A DNA stretch of 64,000 nt from Desulfobacteraceae bacterium Eth-SRB1 (lineage in GTDB: Bacteria; Desulfobacterota; Desulfobacteria; Desulfobacterales; ETH-SRB1), in NCBI GenBank assembly GCA_004193555.1, contig RPGP01000001.1, positions 192,114 through 256,113 of the forward strand, in the 5' to 3' direction. Of the stretch, positions 9,056-17,761 are shown in pieces. How positions within the stretch are numbered: the first letter of the stretch is position 1; every line of letters starts with the position of its first letter. The translations under genes and the position numbers were made by a program. The notes under the pieces were generated by a model that saw only the letters and a list, made by a program, of their open reading frames with translations, made no database searches and had not been told where the DNA came from.

Positions 9056-11107
9056 TTACCCAATAACACAAAGCACATCGCCCTTTGCAACCGAATCGCC
9101 GGTGCTGAAATTGATCGTCTTGATTGTTCCGGCTACCGGAGACGGAAGGGCATTCTCCATCTTCATGGCCTCCAGAATCACAACAGACTCTCCCTTTTTG
9201 ACTGAATCGCCTATATGTTTTTGATAACTTATAATCATGCCGGGCATGGGCGACGTCAGCGGAGCGCCGTCAGCATCACTTTTTTCCCTAACTGCAGGCG
9301 CAGATTCCTTAACCGGTGGAGTAACGGAAGCGGCTGCCGGTCTGGGCGGCGCAAGAGCTGCAGGCGGCGCAGTAGAGGGAGAAAGTACAGGCGTCAGGGC
9401 TGCGGTCGGTACAGCCGGAACAGATGCTGATGCAGGTCTCTGCCGGACATAGCTCACAACCGGCGATCCTCCAGGCTCTTCCACGCCAACTTCAAAGTAT
9501 TCATCATCTACAAACACGTTAAATGTACGCAGGTTTTCCCCTTTGGGAGGAGCCTCTTTTTCCGCCTTTTCAACAAGCCTGCCGGCAAGAGCCTTTGCAA
9601 TCAGCTCCTGCTCAGCCTTAACATCTTCCAGGCTCTTTGGTTTTACTTCCGGAGGAGGCTCCTCCTTGCCGTATTTCCATTTCAAAAATCTTTTTCCCGT
9701 AACAGGATAAAGAGCGTATATAAGGACATCGTCCAGATCCACCGCAAGGCCCTTCACATCCTCTCTGGCCTTTTCCAGCTCAGGCTCCAGGACTTCGGCA
9801 GGCCTGCATGTAATCGGGTTCTCCCCCCTTGAATAACTTTTCAGGACTTTTCCCCTGACCTTTGGATTAATGGGAACAGGGGTTTTTCCATACAGTCCGT
9901 AGCACAGATCTTTTACCTGGTCCGTAATCATCCTGTATTGCTCATTTTCATCATCAAAAAGAACATTGTTAACTGTCTGAACCCCGACGATCTGGCTTGT
10001 GGGCGTTACGAGAGGAACCTGTCCAAGATCTTTTCTTACTTTCGGCAGCTCTGCATATACATCATTTAGCCTGTCCAGGGCATCCATTTCACGCAACTGG
10101 TTAACCAGATTTGAAAGCATTCCCCCGGGAGTCTGGTGGAGAAGCACATTGATATCGATTATTGACATTTTTTTGTCGTCCAGCAGATGCCGGTATTTGG
10201 GAAGCACATCCCTTTCAAGAATCTCGCTTATGGCTCCCAGGAGCTTGATGTCAAATCCGGTATCCCTGTTTGTTCCAAGAAGCGCCATAACAAACGGTTC
10301 AACCGCGGGATGTGACGTGCGGTATGCATAAGGGGACAGACAGGTGTCAATAATGTCAACGCCCGCTTCTATAGCCTTTAAATGAGCCATACAGGCCATG
10401 CCTGATGTAAAATGACTGTGAAGATGCACAGGAACCGAGACAATATCTTTTAACGCCCTGACAATGGCATATGCATCATAAGGGGCAATAAGACCGGCCA
10501 TATCCTTTATGCAGATGCTGTCCGCTCCCATCTTTTTTAGTTCTTTTGCCTTATTTATATAATAGTCAAGGTTGTAAACATCTCCGCCCATCCGGGGCTC
10601 GGTCATTGAATAACAGATACATCCCTGAAAATGTTTTCCGCATTCTTTTATAACAGGCACAACCGTTTCAAAGTTACGAAAGTCATTCAGCGCATCAAAT
10701 GTCCTGAATACATCGATACCGTTTGCGGCCGCTCGATCGACAAAGGCACGGGCAACGTCATCAGCATAATTCCTGTAGCCAACAAGATTTTGCGCTCTTA
10801 GAAGCATGGCAAAAGGGGTCTTCTTTAAATATCTTTTTAAAGTCCTTATCCTTTGCCAGGGGTCTTCATTCAAAAAACGGTGCATTGTATCAAATGTTGC
10901 GCCTCCCCATGTTTCCACAGCCCAGAATCCGACCTCGTCCATCATCTCTGCAACAGAAATCATGTCTTCAGTACGCCCCCTTGTGGCAAACAAAGACTGA
11001 TGACCGTCACGCAAGGACAAATCCATTACCCTAAGAGGGTTTTTTGCCTTAGGCCTGTCTTTGCTGTAATCCATTTTTGTGATCTCTACCTTATTATGGT
11101 CGCTCAT
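9056..11107 (-). CDS. methylmalonyl-CoA:pyruvate transcarboxylase 5S-type subunit (oxaloacetate decarboxylase alpha-like) fused to a biotin carboxyl carrier domain
   Basis: An HMGL-like/PYC_OADA N-terminus (RDGHQS) is followed by a Pro/Ala-rich linker. The C-terminal biotinyl domain carries EAMKMEN. Confidence 0.8.
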   Translation of the reverse strand: MSDHNKVEITKMDYSKDRPKAKNPLRVMDLSLRDGHQSLFATRGRTEDMISVAEMMDEVGFWAVETWGGATFDTMHRFLNEDPWQRIRTLKRYLKKTPFAMLLRAQNLVGYRNYADDVARAFVDRAAANGIDVFRTFDALNDFRNFETVVPVIKECGKHFQGCICYSMTEPRMGGDVYNLDYYINKAKELKKMGADSICIKDMAGLIAPYDAYAIVRALKDIVSVPVHLHSHFTSGMACMAHLKAIEAGVDIIDTCLSPYAYRTSHPAVEPFVMALLGTNRDTGFDIKLLGAISEILERDVLPKYRHLLDDKKMSIIDINVLLHQTPGGMLSNLVNQLREMDALDRLNDVYAELPKVRKDLGQVPLVTPTSQIVGVQTVNNVLFDDENEQYRMITDQVKDLCYGLYGKTPVPINPKVRGKVLKSYSRGENPITCRPAEVLEPELEKAREDVKGLAVDLDDVLIYALYPVTGKRFLKWKYGKEEPPPEVKPKSLEDVKAEQELIAKALAGRLVEKAEKEAPPKGENLRTFNVFVDDEYFEVGVEEPGGSPVVSYVRQRPASASVPAVPTAALTPVLSPSTAPPAALAPPRPAAASVTPPVKESAPAVREKSDADGAPLTSPMPGMIISYQKHIGDSVKKGESVVILEAMKMENALPSPVAGTIKTINFSTGDSVAKGDVLCVIG

Positions 11108-11130
11108 CTTATATTTCTCCTTTTAAATAG

Positions 11131-11262
11131 TGCCTAAAGCGCCTAAAATATGTTAAAGTGCCTAAAGTTAAGGTATCGCTTCGCTCTGTTTTTTATATAA
11201 AATTAGCAAAATTCCATAACTTTAGGCACTTTAGCTCACTTTAGGCACTTGTAACTTTGCTT
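11131..11262. repeat. CTAAAGT-type palindromic element (A-type), copy 3
   Basis: The arms are gtgcctaaagcgcctaaaatatgttaaagtgcctaaagttaagg and taactttaggcactttagctcactttaggcac. The core is tcgcttcgctc. Confidence 0.8.
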
Positions 11263-11469
11263 TTGAAAGGTCTTCATCTGCATCAGATTGCGCATCTGCA
11301 TCTGCGCCTGCCTGCCGCTTATACCCCACAGCTTCAACTGAACCTGAGTTGATAAATACGGAGTCTGATTAAAAGCATCGGCAGGCTGATTACATATAAT
11401 CTCTTCCCCTGCCCCGATATAATTTATAACCGCAGATATTGCGGCTGCCATTTTCTTTTTGTTTTCCAT
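11236..11469 (-). CDS. small hypothetical protein between transcarboxylase 5S and 12S genes
   Basis: This is a 77-aa ORF in operon position. Its last 6 codons and stop lie inside the A-type repeat arm. No family was recognised with confidence. Confidence 0.35.
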   Translation of the reverse strand: MENKKKMAAAISAVINYIGAGEEIICNQPADAFNQTPYLSTQVQLKLWGISGRQAQMQMRNLMQMKTFQKQSYKCLK

Positions 11470-11485
11470 CTTGAGTGCTCTTTTA

Positions 11486-11883
11486 AGTTACAAATGACTA
11501 AAGTGACTACTGTAAGTGCCTAAAGTGAGCTAAAGTATATTAAAGTGCCTAAAGTTGTGGTACGCCTTCGGCGTGTTAATTTTAAAGTTATAAGCGCCTA
11601 AGGTAATGTAGTGAACTACTGGCTATCTTTACTTCGATTTCTACAAAACTTTGACAGTCTCGTAAAAAGTCGAAAAATACCGTTTTTCGTCATTCCGGTA
11701 AAAACCGGAATCCAGTCTTTTCAAGTAGTTACAGAACATCTGGACTCCGGTTTTCACCGGAGTGACGACTTTTTACGAGTTCATCAACTTTAGCTCACTT
11801 GCAGTTTTCAAATAAGCAGCGCCGAAGGCGCATTCCTTAACTTTAGGCACTTTAATATACTTTAGGCACTTTAGCTCACTAAA
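11486..11883. repeat. composite A-type element: 4HB-gene deletion derivative with a nested TIR element
   Basis: The left arm and 5' region match 24696-24770. Bases 11607-11655 match the last ~50 nt of the 4HB gene at 25085-25134. The right arm matches 25176-25222. Confidence 0.8.
11659..11779. repeat. nested small element with 14-bp terminal inverted repeats CTCGTAAAAAGTCG / CGACTTTTTACGAG
   Basis: The 14-bp TIRs are perfect. Internal hairpins are attccggtaaaaaccggaat and ctccggttttcaccggag. Related ends occur at 22755-22880, 55026-55158 and 55925-55950. Confidence 0.7.
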
Positions 11884-13437
11884 TTACACCGGTATATTTC
11901 CATGTTTTTTAGGAGGTCTGGTCTCCCGCTTGCCGCACATTATTTCGAGGGCATCGATTAAACGGGATCTCGTTTCTGCCGGCACAATCACGGCATCAAT
12001 ATAGCCCCTGCTTGCCGCGCAATAGGGGTTTGAAAAAAGATCCTCATACTCTTTGATTTTTTCTTTGCGCATAGCGTCAGAATTTTCGGCCGCCTTAATC
12101 ACTCTACGATGGATGATATTAGCCGCGCCGCCGGCTCCCATTACCGCGATCTGAGCGCTTGGCCACGCAAATGCCATATCAGCGCCGAGATGCTTTGAAG
12201 ACATTGCAATATAAGCGCCTCCGTAATCCTTGCGGGTAATAAGAAGCATTTTCGGAACCGTAGCTTCTGAATAACACCAGAGAAGTTTTGCGCCGTGCCG
12301 TATAATCCCTCCCCATTCCTGATGGCTCCCTGGAAGATAACCCGGGACATCGGCTATAGTCAGTATCGGGATGTTAAAGGAATCGCAAAAACGTATAAAC
12401 CGGGTAGCTTTGTCCGAAGCATCAATATCAAGACATCCCGCAAGAAACATGGGCTGGTTTGCGATAATGCCGATGGTTCTCCCGTTCAGCCTGGCAAAAC
12501 AAACAATTATATTCCTGGCATAATGCTCATGCGGCTCAAAAAATTCTCCATTGTCAACTATCGATCTTATCACATCAGTCATGTCATATGGCTGGTTCGG
12601 ATTGTCAGGAATAATTGAATTAAGAGCGAAATCTGTCCGCCCGCTAACATCACCTGTATCCTCAACAGGCGGATCCTCCATGTTGTTTGACGGCAGATAT
12701 GAAAGCAGTTTTTTTATTTTATTTATAGCATCTTCATCGTTTTCACCCGCAAAATGGGCAACCCCGCTTTTTTCGTTGTGCGCCATGGCTCCGCCGAGAT
12801 CCTCAAATGTAATTTCCTCTCCTGTAACAGACTTTATAACCTCAGGGCCGGTAATAAACATATAACTGCTGTTTTTTACCATAAAAACAAAATCCGTCAT
12901 GGCCGGTGAATAAACTGCTCCGCCGGCTGTGGGCCCCATTATCGCCGATATCTGGGGAATAACGCCCGAACAGGCTGAATTACGAAAAAAAATCTCCCCG
13001 TATCCGGAAAGGGAATCAATCCCTTCCTGTATTCTGGCTCCTCCGGAATCATTAATCCCGACAAAAGGCACGCCTGCCTTTAGGGCTAAATCCATAACCT
13101 TACAGATCTTTTTAGCCTGCATTTCACCAAGGCTGCCCGCCCTGGATGTAAAATCCTGTGAAAAGGCAAAAACAGGCCTTCCGTCAACAAGACCATGGCC
13201 TGTTATCACGCCGTCGGATGGAATCTCAACCTTTTCCATACCGAAATTTACGCATCTGTGCGCAACAAACATATCGATTTCCCGGAATGTATCAGAATCG
13301 AATAAATGATTTAATCTTTCCCTTGCGGTCAATTTTCCTTTTTCATGCTGCTTTGCAACCAGCTTTTCGCCGCCCATCTGCATGATTTTCTTTTCCCGCT
13401 TTTTCAAATCCTTTATTCCATCTTCCACAATACCCAT
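11884..13437 (-). CDS. methylmalonyl-CoA carboxyltransferase 12S subunit / propionyl-CoA carboxylase beta-type
   Basis: The 517-aa ORF belongs to the carboxyl transferase family, with motifs GGARIQEG and ITRKDYGGAY. Confidence 0.85.
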   Translation of the reverse strand: MGIVEDGIKDLKKREKKIMQMGGEKLVAKQHEKGKLTARERLNHLFDSDTFREIDMFVAHRCVNFGMEKVEIPSDGVITGHGLVDGRPVFAFSQDFTSRAGSLGEMQAKKICKVMDLALKAGVPFVGINDSGGARIQEGIDSLSGYGEIFFRNSACSGVIPQISAIMGPTAGGAVYSPAMTDFVFMVKNSSYMFITGPEVIKSVTGEEITFEDLGGAMAHNEKSGVAHFAGENDEDAINKIKKLLSYLPSNNMEDPPVEDTGDVSGRTDFALNSIIPDNPNQPYDMTDVIRSIVDNGEFFEPHEHYARNIIVCFARLNGRTIGIIANQPMFLAGCLDIDASDKATRFIRFCDSFNIPILTIADVPGYLPGSHQEWGGIIRHGAKLLWCYSEATVPKMLLITRKDYGGAYIAMSSKHLGADMAFAWPSAQIAVMGAGGAANIIHRRVIKAAENSDAMRKEKIKEYEDLFSNPYCAASRGYIDAVIVPAETRSRLIDALEIMCGKRETRPPKKHGNIPV

Positions 13438-13460
13438 TGTTATTTCCTTTCGTTAAGCAA

Positions 13461-13640
13461 GTTACGAGTGCCTAAAGTGAGCTAAAGTGCCTAAAGTTAA
13501 TGAGTCGCTTTGCTCCATCTTTTATATAGAATTGGCAGCGCCAAAGGCGCATACCTTAACTTTAGCTCACTTTAGGCACTTTAGCTCACTTGTAACTTTT
13601 TTTGTTACTTTAGCTTACTTTAAATCTCTGTGTTCTCCGT
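13461..13640. repeat. CTAAAGT-type palindromic element (A-type), copy in inverse orientation
   Basis: The element is the reverse complement of the 8884-9047 element, including the outer ccacgg...gttac flank. Confidence 0.85.
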
Positions 13641-13642
13641 GG

Positions 13643-14617
13643 TTAATAAAGTTCAAGCAGCCTACATGCCGCATTTATGGGCGCAATCAACCCTTTTTCA
13701 ACAGCCCTTTTCATTTCCGGCAACTCTCTTTTAACATCAGTGTTGTTATAAAACCGTTGTTTAAGCCCTTCTTCAAGCAGAGACCACATCCAGTCAACAG
13801 CCTGTCTCTTCCTCTTTGCCTCTAACTCTCCCGTAGCGGCGAGCTTTTCCATGTGAAGTAATATGGTCTTCCATATCTCATCTATGCCTCTCATTTCAAG
13901 TGCGCTGCAGGTTAAAACAGGAGGCGTCCATGTCGGAGATGAAGGTATCAAAAAATGCAGGGCAGATTCAACCTCTTTTCTCGCTTTTTCAGCCTTTTCA
14001 ATATTGTCGCCGTCAGCCTTGTTTATGGCAACAGCATCGGCCAGCTCTGAAATCCCCTTTTTCATTCCCTGGATTTCATCACCGGCTCCGGCCAGCATAA
14101 GAACCAAAAAAAAATCGACCATGGAGGCCACGGCGGTCTCAGACTGGCCTACCCCGACTGTCTCAACAATAATTACATCAAAACCGGAGGCTTCGCACAC
14201 AAGTATTGTTTCCCTGGTTTTTCCTGCAACCCCTCCCAGGGTGCCGCCCGAAGGAGAAGGCCGTATAAACGCCCTTTCCTCAACAGAAAGCTTTTCCATG
14301 CGGGTTTTGTCTGCCAGGATACTCCCCCCGCTCCTCTGGCTGCTTGGATCAACTGCAAGAACCGCCACACGATGCTCCCTGTTCACAAGCGTCATGCCAA
14401 GGTTCTCAATAAATGTACTCTTACCAGCGCCCGGAACCCCTGTAATGCCAAGCCGAACACCTTTTCCCGTGTATGAAAGCAGCTCATCAACAATTATCCG
14501 CGCCAGATCCTGATGGGCCGGAAGGGAGCTTTCAATCAGCGTAATGGTCTTTGCAAGCGCCAGCCTGTCATGCTCCAGCACACCCTGGATATAATATTGA
14601 TAATTATCCGCAATCAT
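13643..14617 (-). CDS. meaB: methylmalonyl-CoA mutase-associated GTPase MeaB (ArgK family)
   Basis: The P-loop GVPGAGKST and motifs ETVGVGQSE and NKAD are present. The gene is adjacent to the mutase. Confidence 0.85.
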   Translation of the reverse strand: MIADNYQYYIQGVLEHDRLALAKTITLIESSLPAHQDLARIIVDELLSYTGKGVRLGITGVPGAGKSTFIENLGMTLVNREHRVAVLAVDPSSQRSGGSILADKTRMEKLSVEERAFIRPSPSGGTLGGVAGKTRETILVCEASGFDVIIVETVGVGQSETAVASMVDFFLVLMLAGAGDEIQGMKKGISELADAVAINKADGDNIEKAEKARKEVESALHFLIPSSPTWTPPVLTCSALEMRGIDEIWKTILLHMEKLAATGELEAKRKRQAVDWMWSLLEEGLKQRFYNNTDVKRELPEMKRAVEKGLIAPINAACRLLELY

Positions 14618-14656
14618 TTTTTAGTATTTAGATTTAATCCTTACAAAGTTGTTTTG

Positions 14657-14795
14657 AAAGATGAACGTCCAACATCGAACATTGAACGTCGAACATCGAA
14701 TAATGATGTCGCTCCGCTCCGCCAGTTTATAAATTAGCAGAATACCTTATTCAACATTCGATGTTGGACGTTCGATGTTCGACGTTCATCTTTTT
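14657..14795. repeat. GAACATC-heptamer palindromic element (B-type), copy 2
   Basis: Arms built of gaacgtc/caacatc/gaacatt units flank the core aataatgatgtcgctccgctccgccagtttataaatt. The right end supplies the mutase stop codon. Confidence 0.85.
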
Positions 14796-16906
14796 TCTAA
14801 AGCCTTCAGTGTCTTATTCGCCGATTCGGTAATAACCGTGCCGGGCCCAAATATGCCTGCCACGCCTGCTTTATAGAGAAAATCATAATCCGCGGGCGGT
14901 ATTACTCCTCCAACAAACACAATAATATCCCCGCCGCCTTTCTTTCTTAACGCGTCTATAAGCTGCGGAACAAGAATCTTGTGCCCCGCGGCAAGACTCG
15001 ACACACCAACGGCATGCACATCGTTTTCAACAGCCATATTGGCGGCTTCCTCCGGAGTCTGAAACATGGGGCTGATATCTACATCAAATCCAAAGTCAGC
15101 ATACGCTGTGGCGACAACTTTAATACCACGATCATGACCGTCCTGCCCCATCTTTGTCATAAGTATCCTCGGCCTTCTCCCCTCCTTTTCCATAAAGGCC
15201 TCAGTCCTCTTCCTGAGGGAAGCGATTATCTCGCTGTCTCCATATTCAGCAGAATAAACACCGGATATACACCGGCTTACAGCCACATACCTTCCAAAAA
15301 CCTTTTCCATGGCATCTGTGATTTCTCCAACGGTTGCCCTTGCTCTAACTGCAGGGATGCATACTTCGAGAAGATTTCCTCCTGATTCAGCACATTTCGT
15401 AACGGCCTCAAGAACCTTTTTCACAGCAGCGGAACCACGTTTTGCCCTGATCTCTTTTAATCTTACAATCTGCTCATCACGGACAGAATCTGAAACCTCT
15501 AAAACATCAAGCCGGGCTTCTTCTTCTATACGGTATTTATTTACACCAACAATAACATCCCTGCCCTGGTCTATCCTTGCCTGCTTTATGGCTGCGGACT
15601 CTTCAATTCTCAGCTTCGGCATGCCGGATTCAATAGCCCTGGCCATGCCGCCAAGCTCTTCAACCTCTTTCATGATCTTTTTCGACTCCCTGATTATTCC
15701 ATTGGTCAGGGCTTCAATATAATATGAGCCTCCAAGAGGATCCACAACATGACATATCTGGGATTCGTCCTGAACTATTAACTGTGTATTCCTGGCGATC
15801 CTCGCTGACAATTCGGTTGGAAGCCCAACAGCTTCGTCAAAAGAGTTTGTATGAAGAGACTGGGTTCCTCCAAGGGTAGCGGACAGGCATTCAAGGGTGG
15901 TTCGTATTATATTATTATAAGGGTCCTGCTGGGCGAGACTCCAGCCGGATGTCTGGCAGTGGGTTCTTAACATGAGCGATTTGGGATTTTTAGGTTCAAA
16001 CCTGCTTATTATCTCAGACCACAAAAAACGGGCTGCCCTTAACATGGCTATTTCCATGAAAAAATTCATTCCTATCCCGAAGAAAAAGGAAAGGCGCGGA
16101 GCAAAAGTGTCGATATCAAGCCCTGCATCAAGCGCTGCTCTGACATATTCCAGCCCGTCGGCAAGAGTAAATGCTGTCTGAAGAACAGAATTTGCTCCTG
16201 CCTCCATCATATGATAACCGCTTATACTTACGGTGTTGTATTTAGGCATATTTTTTGAGCAAAAACCTATGATATCGGAGACTATCCTCATGGACGGTTT
16301 TGGAGGATAAATATAGGTATTTCTTGTAAGATATTCCTTTAATATATCGTTCTGTATCGTGCCCATGAGCTTATCCTGGGGCACACCCTGCTCCTCGGCC
16401 GCGACTATATATCCGGCAAGCACAGGCAAAACAGCGCCGTTCATGGTCATGGAAACAGACATCTTGTCCAGCGGTATTCTGTCAAAAAGGATCTTCATAT
16501 CCTCCACAGAGTCAATTGCCACTCCTGCCTTGCCGATATCGCCAACAACCCTTGGATGATCCGAATCATAACCCCTGTGAGTAGCCAGATCAAAGGCCAC
16601 TGAAAGTCCTTTCTGACCTGCGGCAAGGTTCTTTCTATAAAATTCGTTAGACTCCTTTGCCGTGGAAAAACCTGCATACTGACGAATAGTCCATGGACGG
16701 CCGGCATACATAGTGGCTTTCACCCCGCGAACATACGGAGCAAACCCGGGAAATGTATTCACGCATTCAAGCCCTTCCAGATCTTCGGCAGTATAAAGCG
16801 GCTTTACATTTATCCCTTCCGGAGTCATCCAGTTCAGTGAGTCAAGAGGTTTCCCCCTCAACTCCTTTTCCGCTAATTCAATCCATTTATTTTTATCAGG
16901 ATGCAT
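14786..16906 (-). CDS. methylmalonyl-CoA mutase, catalytic domain fused to B12-binding domain
   Basis: Mutase large-subunit motifs and a C-terminal GQDGHDRG cobalamin-binding motif are present. The start is moved to MHPDKNKW at 16906 because the upstream 18 codons are repeat-arm sequence. Confidence 0.9.
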   Translation of the reverse strand: MHPDKNKWIELAEKELRGKPLDSLNWMTPEGINVKPLYTAEDLEGLECVNTFPGFAPYVRGVKATMYAGRPWTIRQYAGFSTAKESNEFYRKNLAAGQKGLSVAFDLATHRGYDSDHPRVVGDIGKAGVAIDSVEDMKILFDRIPLDKMSVSMTMNGAVLPVLAGYIVAAEEQGVPQDKLMGTIQNDILKEYLTRNTYIYPPKPSMRIVSDIIGFCSKNMPKYNTVSISGYHMMEAGANSVLQTAFTLADGLEYVRAALDAGLDIDTFAPRLSFFFGIGMNFFMEIAMLRAARFLWSEIISRFEPKNPKSLMLRTHCQTSGWSLAQQDPYNNIIRTTLECLSATLGGTQSLHTNSFDEAVGLPTELSARIARNTQLIVQDESQICHVVDPLGGSYYIEALTNGIIRESKKIMKEVEELGGMARAIESGMPKLRIEESAAIKQARIDQGRDVIVGVNKYRIEEEARLDVLEVSDSVRDEQIVRLKEIRAKRGSAAVKKVLEAVTKCAESGGNLLEVCIPAVRARATVGEITDAMEKVFGRYVAVSRCISGVYSAEYGDSEIIASLRKRTEAFMEKEGRRPRILMTKMGQDGHDRGIKVVATAYADFGFDVDISPMFQTPEEAANMAVENDVHAVGVSSLAAGHKILVPQLIDALRKKGGGDIIVFVGGVIPPADYDFLYKAGVAGIFGPGTVITESANKTLKALEKR

Positions 16907-16938
16907 AGCTATAATATATTTCCTTTTACAAGGTCGTT

Positions 16939-17080
16939 TAAAAAGATGAACGTCCAACATTGAACATCGAACATCGAACGTCGAATAATGATGTCGCTCC
17001 GCTCCGCCAGTTTATAAATTGGCAAAATACCTTATTCAACATTCGATGTTGGACGTTCGATGTTCGATGTTCATTTTTTT
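16939..17080. repeat. GAACATC-heptamer palindromic element (B-type), copy 3
   Basis: The element is about 90 percent identical by eye to 14657-14795, including the core. Confidence 0.85.
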
Positions 17081-17123
17081 CTGTCCCTCAATCCCTTAAC
17101 ACTTAGCACCTAACACCTAATCC

Positions 17124-17525
17124 CTATCTTTCACACAATTCAACCAGAACCCCGTTTGTCGATTTAGGGTGCAGAAAAGCTATTTTTGCGCCCCCCGCGC
17201 CCTTCCTCGGCTTTTCATCAACAAGCCTTATCCCTTTCTCCTTTAATTCCGCCAGCGCCTCTTCGATATTTTCCACAAGAAAGGCAACGTGATGTATCCC
17301 CTCCCCCCTCTTTTCCAGATATTTTCCGATAGGCCCATCAGGGTCGGTAGATTCAAGCAGCTCGATCTCACTTTCTCCAATCGGGAAAAAAGCTGTAATA
17401 AGCTTTTCATCCGCCATTACTTCACTGTCTTCAAGCCAGAGCCCTAAACGGTCTCCCCAGAATTTTTTTCCTTTATTGATGCTATTTACTGCAATCCCTA
17501 AATGATCAATTTTTATTACCTTCAT
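17124..17525 (-). CDS. mce: methylmalonyl-CoA epimerase (VOC/glyoxalase family)
   Basis: The ORF has IDHLGIAV and GIHHVAF motifs. The start is set at MKVIKIDH because upstream codons are repeat sequence. Confidence 0.8.
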   Translation of the reverse strand: MKVIKIDHLGIAVNSINKGKKFWGDRLGLWLEDSEVMADEKLITAFFPIGESEIELLESTDPDGPIGKYLEKRGEGIHHVAFLVENIEEALAELKEKGIRLVDEKPRKGAGGAKIAFLHPKSTNGVLVELCER

Positions 17526-17548
17526 GAAATCTCCTTTTAAAAGGTTCA

Positions 17549-17689
17549 AACTAAAGTGCCTAAAGTGAGCTAAAGTGCCTAAAATGCCTAAAGTTAAGGA
17601 GTCGCTCCGCTCCGGTTGTTTCCAAATTGAGGAGCGAAGCGACAACAACATTCATCATTCGATGTTGGACGTTCGATGTTCATCTTTTT
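17549..17689. repeat. chimeric element: CTAAAGT arm + GCTYCGCT core hairpin + GAACATC arm
   Basis: The left arm is A-type and the right arm is B-type. The central 13-bp stem is gtcgctccgctcc/ggagcgaagcgac. The element is the reverse complement of 23045-23178. Confidence 0.85.
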
Positions 17690-17719
17690 CAATCCCCTAA
17701 TCCTCTAATCCTCTAATCC

Positions 17720-17761
17720 AACACCTAACACTTAACACCTAACACTTAACACCTAACACTT
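17720..17761. repeat. 6 x heptamer array AACACCT/AACACTT
   Basis: Two heptamers alternate perfectly. The array is preceded by TAATCCTC octamers and abuts the aminotransferase stop codon. Confidence 0.85.

Noticed and set aside
11611-11793. This is a 60-aa ORF (…FFVIPVKTGIQSFQVVTEHLDSGFHRSDDFLRVHQL).
   Set aside because: It lies entirely within the nested TIR element. The peptide is simply the translation of the hairpin modules.
13863-14513. There are long antisense ORFs here (216 aa opposite meaB), at 50280-50870 opposite thiC, at 52060-52581 opposite thiDN and at 45559-45903 opposite iorB.
   Set aside because: Each is fully nested in a strongly supported gene on the other strand. Their composition is Ser/Pro/Thr-rich, as is typical of antisense frames.
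16907-16960. The ORF track gives N-terminal extensions for the mutase, and similarly at 17526-17651, 18946-19008, 20454-20480, 21839-21886, 33036-33092, 42500-42652 and 45542-45622.
   Set aside because: The extensions consist of repeat or leader sequence. Internal ATGs coincide with conserved family N-termini and, where visible, with GGAGG-like ribosome-binding sites.
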